From an uncultured Candidatus Poseidoniales archaeon (GTDB taxonomy: Archaea > Thermoplasmatota > Poseidoniia > Poseidoniales > Thalassarchaeaceae), in assembly GCA_964386765.1 (NCBI GenBank), contig CAYLUC010000001.1:4972-68971 (forward strand): a stretch of 64,000 bases of DNA, written 5' to 3'. Each line of letters begins with the position of its first letter. Position 1 is the stretch's first letter. Shown piece by piece: positions 21,101-30,326 of this stretch. The translations under genes and the position numbers were made by a program. Below the pieces are notes generated by a model. It did no database searches and was not told where the DNA came from. It saw nothing but the letters and a program-made list of their open reading frames with translations.

Positions 21101-24100
21101 GGTGGGAAGTGGACGGGAACCTCATTTGAGGTATACGGCAAGGACTTCACATCGTGGGTCGAGGTTCATTTGCAGACCAACTCCAATTTGGGCGATGCCG
21201 ACTTGGGGTGGATACCCTTCGAGGCGTGCCCCGCCCTCTCAACTGTCGAGGTAGTGGATGAGAACTGGGGTCCCATTTGGTTCGATAGGGACCTGTCCTC
21301 GGGCAACTTGTCTATAGATGGGACGCTCAGGTTCACTGAGAACCAGTCAACGGTTGCCAACATCACTATCGACATGTATCTAGTAAAATCGAATCAGACG
21401 GGGAACGTTCCTGGTTCAGCAGCGATCGAAGAGCACTACATAGGCACTGCAGTCACCGATGAAAACGGGTCATTCAACATCAGCGGGCAGCCACAAGAAG
21501 TGATTAACCCCGGTTACGGATCCCTAGTTCTACGCACGTACCAGAATGGTTATGTTGGATCCCAGGGGATTTCATTTCCATGGAAGCTGAATGTAACTGA
21601 CAATGTGTCCATGTCCGTAAATGATCCCGAGCCCCCAGATGAGCCTAAGATTGGCATTGGGGTGAATACCACAATTACAGGCGAGATTTCCTTGTCCAGT
21701 GAACCGTTCAACGATATTACACAGCTGGACAGCCTACAGGTGGTTCTGAACTACACCACCTCTTTCGATGGCCCGGTAAGCCTCATCTCAAGCGTCGGCG
21801 CGGGTGGTTACTACGAATTCTCAGTCCCAATTGACGAATCCGAACAGGAGGGACTGATTTCTGCGACTCTGAATTTCCTTGGTTGGCATGAGGAGGACCT
21901 CAATAACGCAAGCACCCCACTGTACCACTTACGGCCCAATTCAGTCGGCTTCAACTTGAACTTGACTCCAGCCCCGAACTTGACGGTGACTCTGGAGGGT
22001 CAAGGAGAAAACAATACCATTCTGGAGGTCGATCAACCCATATTCCTCAACGGGACCGTTCTAAGCCGCTCTACTGTCCCCCTGGCACTCAATGGAACTC
22101 TGACACTGCAGATGCGAAGGTCCGCTGCAAACGGTCCATTCACCACCCTGACGTCTTGGTATCTGAATGACTCAGATTGGTCTGGGGCCTTGGGCCAATT
22201 CGCAGTTAATTGGTCATTCTCAGCTGCCGACGTCCCAATTCCTGCAGGCCTCGTAGAGATAAGGTACCAATTCGAGGCAGATGGGCTATTCGCAAAAGAT
22301 GAGTCAGTGGTTAGGGAAGAGCATGGGGTGAAGGGCTACGTTAATTTCAGCTACATCCTGAATCCTGCACCCGTCGGTTCCGATTCGGAGGTAGAGGTCA
22401 CTCTGTCTGACCACACCGGAACTTCAGTTGCGAGCTTCGTGGGAGACTACACCCTGGATTTCAATGGGGAGCTGGTATGGAACCAATCGGACCCAGAGCT
22501 ACCTAGGGTCATGGTCTTATGGAGGCCGACAATCGACGTCGAGGCAGGAGATTACCCATGGCATCTGAACTACAGCGGCTCTACATGGCTCCTGCCGAAT
22601 AGTGTCCTTGACTCGGTCAGGGTCCAAGGGAGGGCCGATGTAACCCACACACTGAGTTCAGAATGGACCCCTAGGGGACAATCGTCGTGGATCTCAGGAT
22701 TCGCTAGGGACATTAACCTGAACACCACAATTCTCGGAAATAACTCCTCAATAATCGTCAATATGGAAGTCCCCTCCGATCAACCCCCCACTCCAGACGG
22801 ACTACCTGCCCCCCCTGTGACCTACAGACTAGGGGAGCAGTGGATTGACAACACAACTGGAGAATACAACATAACATTCCAAATGCCAACCGGAGTGGGG
22901 GCAGGGGTTTACGACCTCAGGCTCATTTTAGATTTCGAGAAGAACCCTCCCTCGGGAGGGGCATACTACCTGGTTCCCGGAGCAGTGGTGCTCCAAGCAG
23001 GAATTCAGACCGAGTATGTGGTAGAGGCCGAACCTTTGCAGTCAATAGTTATCGCAGGACAGACCCTCGTTACTAATGCCACCATAACCGATGTCGAGAG
23101 CTCAAAAAGGCTGCAGAATACCACTGTCGATTTGTACTTCGATTGGGGGGGGCCTCTTCAGCAGGTTCTCAACAGCACAGTTTCGGGATCGGATGGAGTT
23201 GCCCGCTTCACTTCGACAATTCCTGCAGACGCGCCTCCTGGATACTATGACGTCCTCCTACACGCACCAGACGACATCACTGACAGTCTGACCACTCCCA
23301 ATGCAGGCAGGTGGCTAGGAAATGAGAGTACGGTCAACCTGACTGTACAAGTAGCAAGCAGCATCAGGATAGACAATGCCCCCCTTCCCGAAGTCACCGC
23401 CGGGCAATTCTTCCAACTACAAGGACAGGTCTTAGATGGGGTAGACCAGAATCGCTCAGTTTCTGGCCCCATGACCTTGGAGGTTTTCTTCCTCAATGAC
23501 CCCAGTGAGACTCTAATCACAGGGCACGTCACCGCAACGAACGGTTCGTTTTCTGTAATGGTGCCCACTGATCCATTGGGTGACGGAGTAACCAATGGAC
23601 TGAAGACCGTAGTGGTGAGTGTGGAGAACGGAAGTACCCCATTCTACCTTACAGGGACGGGCAGTGAGACTATCTTGGTTAGGGGGGTGACCCAACTGAC
23701 TGATAGAAACCCAATCTTAAACACAATAGTTGACAGGGGGACTTCAATCTCATTCGGTGCTAGGTTAGTCGAGTCAAGCGATGCAGACCGTCAGTTAGCA
23801 AACATGTCCGTCTCCGCACTATTCCACGAAACATGGCTTACCCCCGAGCAGTCAACAAACGGGCAAGGCACGGTCAACTTCACATTCACTGTCCCTCACT
23901 CTCACCCCTTGGGACTAATTCCAATAATCCTCATGTTCAATGGGTCGAATGGTTCTGACACACTACACGCATCTTCCACCATTATCAACACCATCACAGT
24001 AAGATCCCCGACCAACATATCGTTCGATCCAATTACCTCTAATCCGGCTGCCGGGGAGTTCCTAGACGTCAGTGGGACGTTGACATCCAGCAATGGTAGC

Positions 24101-27064
24101 GGCATTGTAGACAGATCAGGCAATGCCCTGAACCCCACACTAAACTTCGCCATCGACGGCGACACAAACTCCTTCTCAGTTACCGGCGGAACTGTCGATG
24201 CCAATGGGTCATGGTCGGCTAGGATATTCCTGGACCTGTCGTTCCCCCGGGGCACTCACAACATCACAGCTTCTTACACCCCCTCTGTCAACTATTACGG
24301 TGCCAGTTCGGAGGATGGGACATTCGATAGCAGGGGTTTCTCCATGCTTTCCATAATATCTCCTGCCGACTTGGATCCGGATGAGAGGGCAGTCAGGGGG
24401 GACAACATCACCTTGAACATGTCCTTGATTGACAACTCGGGTCAGTTCGTATCAGGAGGGCAGATAGATGTCTCGATAGACGGCACACCTTCTTGGTCTG
24501 GATTCACAGACGAGGATGGCATACTTACAACGTCAATTCAGATTGATGAAAACAGGGCACCAGGGCCGATGACCATTACCGCAACATTCGCCGGCTTCAA
24601 CGGCTCAACAGGATTGCTGGGCGACGAAACGTGGTCGAGAGTCGTGATACTGGCGCCTTCAGTACTAGAGGTGACTTCAGTCACGGGCTCGGCCATAGCA
24701 GGCGAGTCAGTAACATTCACTGGAACGCTACTGGATGAGCACGGTGCACCACTTGTAGAGGATGGCGAGGACAAGGGAGGGGTGGTCCACCTCTCCATAG
24801 ATGGCATAGACGTCGGTCCGTTATACACATCAATGTCCAATGCCTCGACGGGGATTTGGAGTATAACCTACGACCTTCCCCTGGATACCGACTACGGGGC
24901 CCACACATTCACTGTGGACTTCCTCGGAGGATTTACCTGGGTAGATCCAATGGGCCAAGGCGACTCCTTGAACCCCGAGTACTTCCTGCCTTCCACAGTA
25001 ACACAGCAGTTCAACGCCACACAGACCTCACAGGTAGTCCTAACCACTCCCCCTGGAGAGATAGACAGGAATGAACTCCTGCTCATTGAGGGGATGCTAA
25101 CTGATGGTGCTGGAAGGGTTCTTCCAGGCCGAGATTTGGATGTTTACATGAATGACCAATTCCTCACTTCACTGTCTGTCTCGGATAACGGAACATTCAG
25201 CCTGTTCTTCCCTGTCCCACCAGATATGCTACTAGGTCCTAGGAGCGTTAGAATCGAGTTCAGCGGAGAGGAGTTCGTAATTGGTTCAAACTCAACTACC
25301 ATCTTCACAGTTTTCGGTCCAGTCGAGGTCGAAATCGAACAACCTAATCCAGTTGCGGTCGACGATGTCCTGAAACTCAGTGGAACCGTCAAGGACAATT
25401 TACCAAATGGGTGGCTGGATAACCACTCCCTTCAGATATTCATTGATGGAATACTGATTGGGACAACTACAACAGACGAAAACGGCCAGTGGTCCTATTC
25501 ATGGATAGTTTCGGAATTCCTAGATGTTGGGCAGCATTCCCTAACTGTAATCGCTCCCGACCAAGGATACCACCGCCAGGGATCCGCTGAAGCGAACCTC
25601 ACAATAGCATATCACACCGGGATGACCCTTCAGGTGGAAAACAACGTGGTAACCAGGGGTGGGTCATGGAACCTCTCTGGCAGGCTTTTCGATGCAGACT
25701 CCGCAGGAAATCCTGGATTGGAGGGAAGGGAACTGTCCTTCCTACTTGATGGGGAGCTAATCTCCACCATCACTACCAGTATAGACGGGACATTCAGCAT
25801 AAGTCACGAACTTGGATACCTGATTTCAAGGGGCTCTCACGATGTCTCACTGGTTTTCTCGGGAGAGCAGCTGTACTTGGCAAATTCAGTGAACGCCACA
25901 GTATACACCAGGGCCGACATCAAAATTGAGATTCTGTTCCTAGAGGACGAGGTCGTCAGAAGCGATGGCAATAGGCCAATTAGGGTACTTGGCAGGATTA
26001 TTGAGATCGGAGGAGAAGGGAACACCATGGAGGAGATGGAAATTTCCCTGTACTGGGAGGACTCATTCCGGCCAAATACGAAAATCACGTGGGACGAAAC
26101 CACCGGGCAGTTCCTAGTCGAGTCCAACGCAATATCGACCATGCCCCCGGGAATTGCCAGCATGTCCTTGTTGGTCGATCCAGATTCCTCCAGATTCCTA
26201 AATGGAGGAGAGATAGATTTCGAGGTCGTAATTAAGGTGCCAGTCAACTTTGAGTTCTTGCCGGAAGAACTCTATCTCGAAGTCGGAGGTAGCTCCCTGT
26301 CCGGAAAGGTGAATGTAACAGCGACGGATCGCATACAGGTCATTGAGGGAGTCTCAATCACAGCTAGACTGGTAAACGAGACCGCCACTCACTTCACAGT
26401 GGTGGGAGTCACTGATCAGAATGGAATCTTCACCTACCAATTCGAGTCATTCCACGAGAACCACCCCCTGTGGGATAGGGATTTCTGGGGCGAACTATCT
26501 GTTGAGTTCAGCTCAGATTCCGATTTGATTGACCCAATAGACGCCGCAAGGCTCTCGCAGTTCGCCGTCGTAGACGTCGAGTACGAACCAGAGGAAGGGG
26601 CATCCCTGATGGGGCCCGCCATGACTGCTCTAGCTGCAATCGTATTGATTGGACTGGCCGTAGCAGGGGTGATGTTCGCAAGGAGAAGAAGGCAGGCTGC
26701 CATAGACGAGCTCGCAGGAGTGTTCAGCTACACTGCAGAACTGCTTGCCGCGGGAGACGAGGTCAGGGAAGCAATCTTCAACTGCTATGAGGGACTTTGC
26801 CAGGTCCTGATGAGCCGAGGATTCCTGAGGAGGGACTTCGAGACAGTCAGGGAGTTCGAGCTCGCAATAAGGAACGCTCTTCCGATTAGCGAGCAGGCAT
26901 TGCTCTCACTCGACAGGATTTTCGAAGAGGCTAGGTACTCTAGCCACGTATTGGGGGAGCCTCACAGGGAGAGCGCCCAGATGGCACTCAGCGCTGTTTT
27001 GCAGGAGATAGACCAGCTCGAAGAGGTCCCATCTAGAGAAACCTCGATAGTCCCTCAGGAATGA
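18110..27064 (+). CDS. Giant (2984 aa) transglutaminase-like surface protein: DxDxDG Ca-binding repeats, TGase-like core, Ig-like stalk, TM, DUF4129-like tail
   Basis: Many DTDGDG repeats; YWRW; GDC...MLRSAGIPARKVTGF...WVEV...GWIPFE; C-terminal TM-RRRR and ETVREF...FEEARYS. Confidence 0.85.
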   Translation: MSSFSQSTDARPDSLSKRRSAILFSVLMMLSSYSALEFASWEALASTDQDGDGLTYGLEFYINTQPQDWDTDNDGLPDGWEWQYGLNPLSPSGDNGSTGDPDGDSLSNLNEFMFGMPSNWDSTNTPNELDNGVWWNGTVPVSNWDEESAMQLIQGLGSDGADEDPWGNICFNTFDDDKDGMVDNFDNDGDGDSNCTSDDDDGDGAIDEDPNGWDTDGDGMPDGWEVANGLDPTSRTNQDGAFGDPDGDGLVNLKEFVNPAWGTRNGTTTPPTQYFRPGPLSMTATESPCNPVLQLGPGGCQIFTAEVDGITSTDPQSNDTDGDGLNDSYEALVLLTDPTSPDTDGDGIGDGVEVNGQYGDPPLASDPRNNNTDGDQFDDGEEDLNGNGVVDENETDPTRIEDDGDFDDDGIPNWEENMTCTLWNVADTDGGGINDGSELDPSHATNPCTSMQTLNLSIVDFDATNMILTLNETSSLDPTPEDWRQNGEPMGFYVSSTNGSLTGFRFTSINGDSLRGVDTDKPPDATTVLFVNFSWCWDQSLGLSNDPICDDDYFDTDGDGLADWEESTGSFGFLSDWNMSDTDGDGVNDLDEILNQTDPSNPCDNLLDTDGDGLNNYFENTTVCLVAFGSLGGNGTTDTYFTLWNESDTDNGGVTDFQEYLDGTNPQNNPNDDLNPVDTDGDGIPDTIENATGTDWRDPDTDGGGIPDGQECTSEFWDMNCLNADGNPWDPTDDIDPNMMFFEAMNTSVGVDPNITHYWRWHTYDFYTGISWGVNTSLVGNTQMFPGFSTTQGVADQQFWDGSEVLGWEISLESGALIFPGEEIIAPHNAVNYTGWTDANAGLNFSNFTRDVIVDGATIDTLFITAPQVLITQAIRDNTTEFSNSTYATDLPSEFLDKGNKAAFVNAITTTIINESGAFSAWDRVSAIQDFIINGNSTTTFLRNHNGTEVGFVDDEDDLSFWMLNNSLEGDCDQFSSLFAVMLRSAGIPARKVTGFSGGKWTGTSFEVYGKDFTSWVEVHLQTNSNLGDADLGWIPFEACPALSTVEVVDENWGPIWFDRDLSSGNLSIDGTLRFTENQSTVANITIDMYLVKSNQTGNVPGSAAIEEHYIGTAVTDENGSFNISGQPQEVINPGYGSLVLRTYQNGYVGSQGISFPWKLNVTDNVSMSVNDPEPPDEPKIGIGVNTTITGEISLSSEPFNDITQLDSLQVVLNYTTSFDGPVSLISSVGAGGYYEFSVPIDESEQEGLISATLNFLGWHEEDLNNASTPLYHLRPNSVGFNLNLTPAPNLTVTLEGQGENNTILEVDQPIFLNGTVLSRSTVPLALNGTLTLQMRRSAANGPFTTLTSWYLNDSDWSGALGQFAVNWSFSAADVPIPAGLVEIRYQFEADGLFAKDESVVREEHGVKGYVNFSYILNPAPVGSDSEVEVTLSDHTGTSVASFVGDYTLDFNGELVWNQSDPELPRVMVLWRPTIDVEAGDYPWHLNYSGSTWLLPNSVLDSVRVQGRADVTHTLSSEWTPRGQSSWISGFARDINLNTTILGNNSSIIVNMEVPSDQPPTPDGLPAPPVTYRLGEQWIDNTTGEYNITFQMPTGVGAGVYDLRLILDFEKNPPSGGAYYLVPGAVVLQAGIQTEYVVEAEPLQSIVIAGQTLVTNATITDVESSKRLQNTTVDLYFDWGGPLQQVLNSTVSGSDGVARFTSTIPADAPPGYYDVLLHAPDDITDSLTTPNAGRWLGNESTVNLTVQVASSIRIDNAPLPEVTAGQFFQLQGQVLDGVDQNRSVSGPMTLEVFFLNDPSETLITGHVTATNGSFSVMVPTDPLGDGVTNGLKTVVVSVENGSTPFYLTGTGSETILVRGVTQLTDRNPILNTIVDRGTSISFGARLVESSDADRQLANMSVSALFHETWLTPEQSTNGQGTVNFTFTVPHSHPLGLIPIILMFNGSNGSDTLHASSTIINTITVRSPTNISFDPITSNPAAGEFLDVSGTLTSSNGSGIVDRSGNALNPTLNFAIDGDTNSFSVTGGTVDANGSWSARIFLDLSFPRGTHNITASYTPSVNYYGASSEDGTFDSRGFSMLSIISPADLDPDERAVRGDNITLNMSLIDNSGQFVSGGQIDVSIDGTPSWSGFTDEDGILTTSIQIDENRAPGPMTITATFAGFNGSTGLLGDETWSRVVILAPSVLEVTSVTGSAIAGESVTFTGTLLDEHGAPLVEDGEDKGGVVHLSIDGIDVGPLYTSMSNASTGIWSITYDLPLDTDYGAHTFTVDFLGGFTWVDPMGQGDSLNPEYFLPSTVTQQFNATQTSQVVLTTPPGEIDRNELLLIEGMLTDGAGRVLPGRDLDVYMNDQFLTSLSVSDNGTFSLFFPVPPDMLLGPRSVRIEFSGEEFVIGSNSTTIFTVFGPVEVEIEQPNPVAVDDVLKLSGTVKDNLPNGWLDNHSLQIFIDGILIGTTTTDENGQWSYSWIVSEFLDVGQHSLTVIAPDQGYHRQGSAEANLTIAYHTGMTLQVENNVVTRGGSWNLSGRLFDADSAGNPGLEGRELSFLLDGELISTITTSIDGTFSISHELGYLISRGSHDVSLVFSGEQLYLANSVNATVYTRADIKIEILFLEDEVVRSDGNRPIRVLGRIIEIGGEGNTMEEMEISLYWEDSFRPNTKITWDETTGQFLVESNAISTMPPGIASMSLLVDPDSSRFLNGGEIDFEVVIKVPVNFEFLPEELYLEVGGSSLSGKVNVTATDRIQVIEGVSITARLVNETATHFTVVGVTDQNGIFTYQFESFHENHPLWDRDFWGELSVEFSSDSDLIDPIDAARLSQFAVVDVEYEPEEGASLMGPAMTALAAIVLIGLAVAGVMFARRRRQAAIDELAGVFSYTAELLAAGDEVREAIFNCYEGLCQVLMSRGFLRRDFETVREFELAIRNALPISEQALLSLDRIFEEARYSSHVLGEPHRESAQMALSAVLQEIDQLEEVPSRETSIVPQE

Positions 27065-27534
27065 TTGTCCAGGGATAGTCCCAATGTATGGCCACTCCAA
27101 GCCGCGCCCGAAATAACAGAGCCAGACGGAAGTCTGAAAGTTCTCAGTACTTCGCCGAAAGAGCCAGATGAGATTATTCTGGCCAAATTCCCAGACTCCC
27201 CCTCCAAGACTTCCAGAACCACATCTCTCCTATTTGCGGAAGGCATCGGTATTTCCATGAAGTCACCATTAATCGAACCACCGAGATCAGCAACTAGGTC
27301 GCCAATAGGAGGAACCCCGCTAGAATCCATCTTCGATGACTCGGGGATGCTCCCAACATGACTGAGGAAGTTCCTATGCTCCCTTGAGACCTCGGAGATG
27401 TGGGGCAGGTCGGAAAGAAACTGGGAATGTGACTCAGAGGCAGAAATATCGAGACCAAGGGATGAACTAGGATATTCTGATTCGTCCACCCCGCCCTCAT
27501 CGGGGATGTCTATTTCCACCCTCCTCCATGCCAT
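27055..27534 (-). CDS. Hypothetical protein (possible Hsp20-like beta-sandwich C-terminus)
   Basis: ATG start with GGAG upstream, in line with the helicase gene; RTFRLP...A.WSG..L.L pattern resembles alpha-crystallin-like folds (weak). Confidence 0.6.
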   Translation of the reverse strand: MAWRRVEIDIPDEGGVDESEYPSSSLGLDISASESHSQFLSDLPHISEVSREHRNFLSHVGSIPESSKMDSSGVPPIGDLVADLGGSINGDFMEIPMPSANRRDVVLEVLEGESGNLARIISSGSFGEVLRTFRLPSGSVISGAAWSGHTLGLSLDNHS

Positions 27535-27559
27535 GTTATCATCAACTCCACGAGACCGA

Positions 27560-29581
27560 CTAAGATGAACCCATTGATTGGGGTATTTTGAAGAAGCGCT
27601 CGACGTGCTTCCCGGTTCTACTTGGACTGGACGTCCTGAGGGAGTCCATCGATTTGGGCATACAGTCCCTGCTCCTGCCTTCCAAGAGCCTCTTCTCCAG
27701 AAGAATCACTATCGCTCTATCTTCAGATTTTCTTATGGGCCTTCCGAGTGCCTGTAGGACACTGTTGATGGCTGGCTGCAGACTGGCATACTTCCATGCC
27801 CTGGATCTCCCGAACCTGCTTGTATAGTATCCAAAGAGGGCATCCTGTTTGGCGCTAGGAGGAGGTAGGGGGAGGCCAATGCAGACCACGGCATCAAGGA
27901 TGTTATCGGAGTAATCTATTCCTTCTGAGAGCTTTCCACTCAGAACTCCAAAAATAACAGAATTCCTCTTCATTGATGTTTGCTCGTAAAGTCTGTTGAC
28001 CATTCCATCGACTTTGCGTTTCGACATACCCCTTTCCTCCTTCTGGATATCCCGTTGGAAGAAATATTGGATTCCCGAGACTATCCTTTCCATAAACAAG
28101 TAACTTGGAGCGAACACTGCAACATTTCCTGGGGTATTTTCCAATACCGATGAAATATGGTCGCATATTAAATCAAAGCTTGAGTCCCTTTCAGTATACT
28201 TGCTTGTTACATCACTTGCAATTAGAACGTGTCTATTTTCAGGAGGGAATCCAGATTTGTACTCTACCCCTTTGTACATATTTTCAGGAATTCCTAGGAT
28301 GTCGCAGTACATTTTGGGAGGAAAGAGTGTCCCTGACATCAGTATGGAACCCGCGCACTCTTCGAAAATTGGCCCACCAACGACACCAGGGTCAAGCAAA
28401 TGGCTAGTTATCCTAGGGTCTTCCAGAATGCTATCAAAGACTAATGATAGTACATCGCTGTCTCTGTATTGGATGCATATTTCTAACATTCTAGCCAATC
28501 TGAAACAGTCAGTTTCCTCGTCCTCGTCCTCTAATGACTCGTCAGTATCGACCTTGACTTCAAACAGTTGGTGAACCATCTGCCTAATCTGACTTATGTG
28601 GTCAAACTCTGAATCTACACCAGTTCCTTCCAAGGCTCCGCCAATTATGTCTAGGAACTCATTAGTTTCGATTTTCAGGTCGTCCCAATCCGAATTCTCA
28701 TTTTCATTAGCCTTCTCTTCAAACCATTTTCTCAGTGGATTCCTTAGCGACTCAATCTGTCCCTCAAGCCTAATTGCATCCGTCACATCAGTTCCTTCTC
28801 CCAAATCATGCTGAGAAGCAAATTTTTCCAGATTCCCCCTATGTTCCTGTATTTCGGACAATGCTCTTTGGAATACCTTGTTGGTAATCCTGGCTTCTAA
28901 TCCATTTCTGATCCTATCGGGAAGGTTGTGCGCTTCATCAACTATCAGAATTGAATTACTAAGTTGTATGCCCATTGAATCCATCGATAATGAGCTAATG
29001 CTTTCGATGAAGATGTGATTGTAATCACAGACTATGATATCGGAAACCTTTGCTGCACTTCTCGCGGCCTTCCATGAACAAATCTTCCTCTGTTTCCCAT
29101 ACTTCATACTCCATTCAACATGTCTAGTATCTGAAAGAATCAAATTCTTCATCTCCTCCCTTCTCCGACTCCTAGTATCTTTGTTGACATCCTGTTCACA
29201 GTTACAATTTCCAGTAGACTTGTCCACAGGTCCACACATAGACTCTCTTCCAATAATGTCGACTAGCTTTACTCTGGGAGTTCCCGGAGAGAGCCGTTTG
29301 TTGATCATCCTGACTGTTTCAACAACAATTCTATGCTGTGATTGCCTACCTGTCATGAATACTATCTTTGGTTTCAATCCATCTTGCGCCCTATCATTTG
29401 CAACATGTAACGCGGAAGCCAATGATGCCGCAGTCTTGCCGATCCCAGTCGGTGCGGCAGCCAGTAGTGATCCCTTAGATGAAAGCGCCTCAATTCCGTC
29501 CCTAATCATCTCAATTTGTGACTCTCTCATCTCCTCATGAGCCAAGTAAACTCCTATCTCCGGAGCATCGGAAGCAGTCAT
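27560..29581 (-). CDS. XPD/Rad3 (DinG-family) Fe-S DNA helicase
   Basis: APTGIGKT, Cys cluster, CDYN, VDEAHN, SGTL, EGID, QALGRPIR. Confidence 0.92.
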   Translation of the reverse strand: MTASDAPEIGVYLAHEEMRESQIEMIRDGIEALSSKGSLLAAAPTGIGKTAASLASALHVANDRAQDGLKPKIVFMTGRQSQHRIVVETVRMINKRLSPGTPRVKLVDIIGRESMCGPVDKSTGNCNCEQDVNKDTRSRRREEMKNLILSDTRHVEWSMKYGKQRKICSWKAARSAAKVSDIIVCDYNHIFIESISSLSMDSMGIQLSNSILIVDEAHNLPDRIRNGLEARITNKVFQRALSEIQEHRGNLEKFASQHDLGEGTDVTDAIRLEGQIESLRNPLRKWFEEKANENENSDWDDLKIETNEFLDIIGGALEGTGVDSEFDHISQIRQMVHQLFEVKVDTDESLEDEDEETDCFRLARMLEICIQYRDSDVLSLVFDSILEDPRITSHLLDPGVVGGPIFEECAGSILMSGTLFPPKMYCDILGIPENMYKGVEYKSGFPPENRHVLIASDVTSKYTERDSSFDLICDHISSVLENTPGNVAVFAPSYLFMERIVSGIQYFFQRDIQKEERGMSKRKVDGMVNRLYEQTSMKRNSVIFGVLSGKLSEGIDYSDNILDAVVCIGLPLPPPSAKQDALFGYYTSRFGRSRAWKYASLQPAINSVLQALGRPIRKSEDRAIVILLEKRLLEGRSRDCMPKSMDSLRTSSPSRTGKHVERFFKIPQSMGSS

Positions 29582-29646
29582 GGAAAACGTCCTGCCAGTA
29601 GAACGACCAAGAAGATTGGGTTCATAGTTGGTGGATGGGAGGCGTT

Positions 29647-29772
29647 CTAAGCCTCTGTCTTCATCGTAGAGTTGGCTTTTCTGGCTCTCGACAGAAGTCC
29701 TTCGAAATTGGGTGCGAGGGGGCGCGCAATGCGCCCCCCCGCGTTGGTTCTGTGCATCCCGTCCTCACACAT
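29647..29772 (-). CDS. Putative 41-aa small protein
   Basis: ATG 10 nt after the RHH stop with purine-rich GAGGCGAGGGAA upstream; fills the gap to the helicase. Confidence 0.35.
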   Translation of the reverse strand: MCEDGMHRTNAGGRIARPLAPNFEGLLSRARKANSTMKTEA

Positions 29773-29782
29773 TTCCCTCGCC

Positions 29783-30151
29783 TCATATAGCGTTTGAATC
29801 ATCGTCATGTCTTGCACGGAGGGCATCCATCCGCGCGGCAAGGAGATCCTCAACTGTGGCATCCTCTATTGCCACACGCCTGATGTGCTCTCTGGCTGCC
29901 TGCCTAAGGACAACATCCGGGTTCTCCCCGTGCAATTTACAGTAGTCACTAATCCTGGCACTCAGGTCAGGCCCCAGATCTACTTGGACCCTGTCGCCTG
30001 AAACTTGGTGCTCAGAGGAAAGATACTGCCTCACAGCGTACCGAATCACGTCGGACCTGTTTCTCATTCCATCAAGGCCCACTAGCCTATCCAATTCCAG
30101 CAGGTGGTCCTCTGGAATTCTTAGCGAAACCATGGGGCTGTGGCCGGCCAA
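29783..30151 (-). CDS. Ribbon-helix-helix (CopG/MetJ/Arc) regulator with apparent tandem RHH
   Basis: VSLRIPEDHLLELDRLV...NRSDVIRYAVRQYL, then VQVDLGPDLSARISDYCKLHG...VLRQAAREHI; TTG start at 30151 preceded by GGAGG. Confidence 0.85.
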   Translation of the reverse strand: MAGHSPMVSLRIPEDHLLELDRLVGLDGMRNRSDVIRYAVRQYLSSEHQVSGDRVQVDLGPDLSARISDYCKLHGENPDVVLRQAAREHIRRVAIEDATVEDLLAARMDALRARHDDDSNAI

Positions 30152-30193
30152 CTCGCTTCCTCCAAACCGCACAGAGGGGCAGGGGGTCTTAAT

Positions 30194-30224
30194 TGTATCT
30201 CAATTGAAATGCAAATGAAATACA
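30194..30224. promoter_or_regulatory. Putative RHH operator: three TGARATRCA units
   Basis: TGTATCTCA (reverse complement TGAGATACA) at 30194, TGAAATGCA at 30205, TGAAATACA at 30216; 11-bp spacing; adjacent to a TTAA element. Confidence 0.5.
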
Positions 30225-30326
30225 TTGAGTTGAACCCCACCTTCCATTGTACGCAATATGCCACCAGTCCCGGATGAGAGTGTGATTCAAGGGGAGGCAT
30301 AGCCTCGGAGGGTCGCAGGGAAGCGC

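Noticed and set aside
29582-29782. SRP RNA or RNase P RNA in this gap
   Set aside because: The gap is too short and lacks recognisable conserved helices; only a single hairpin
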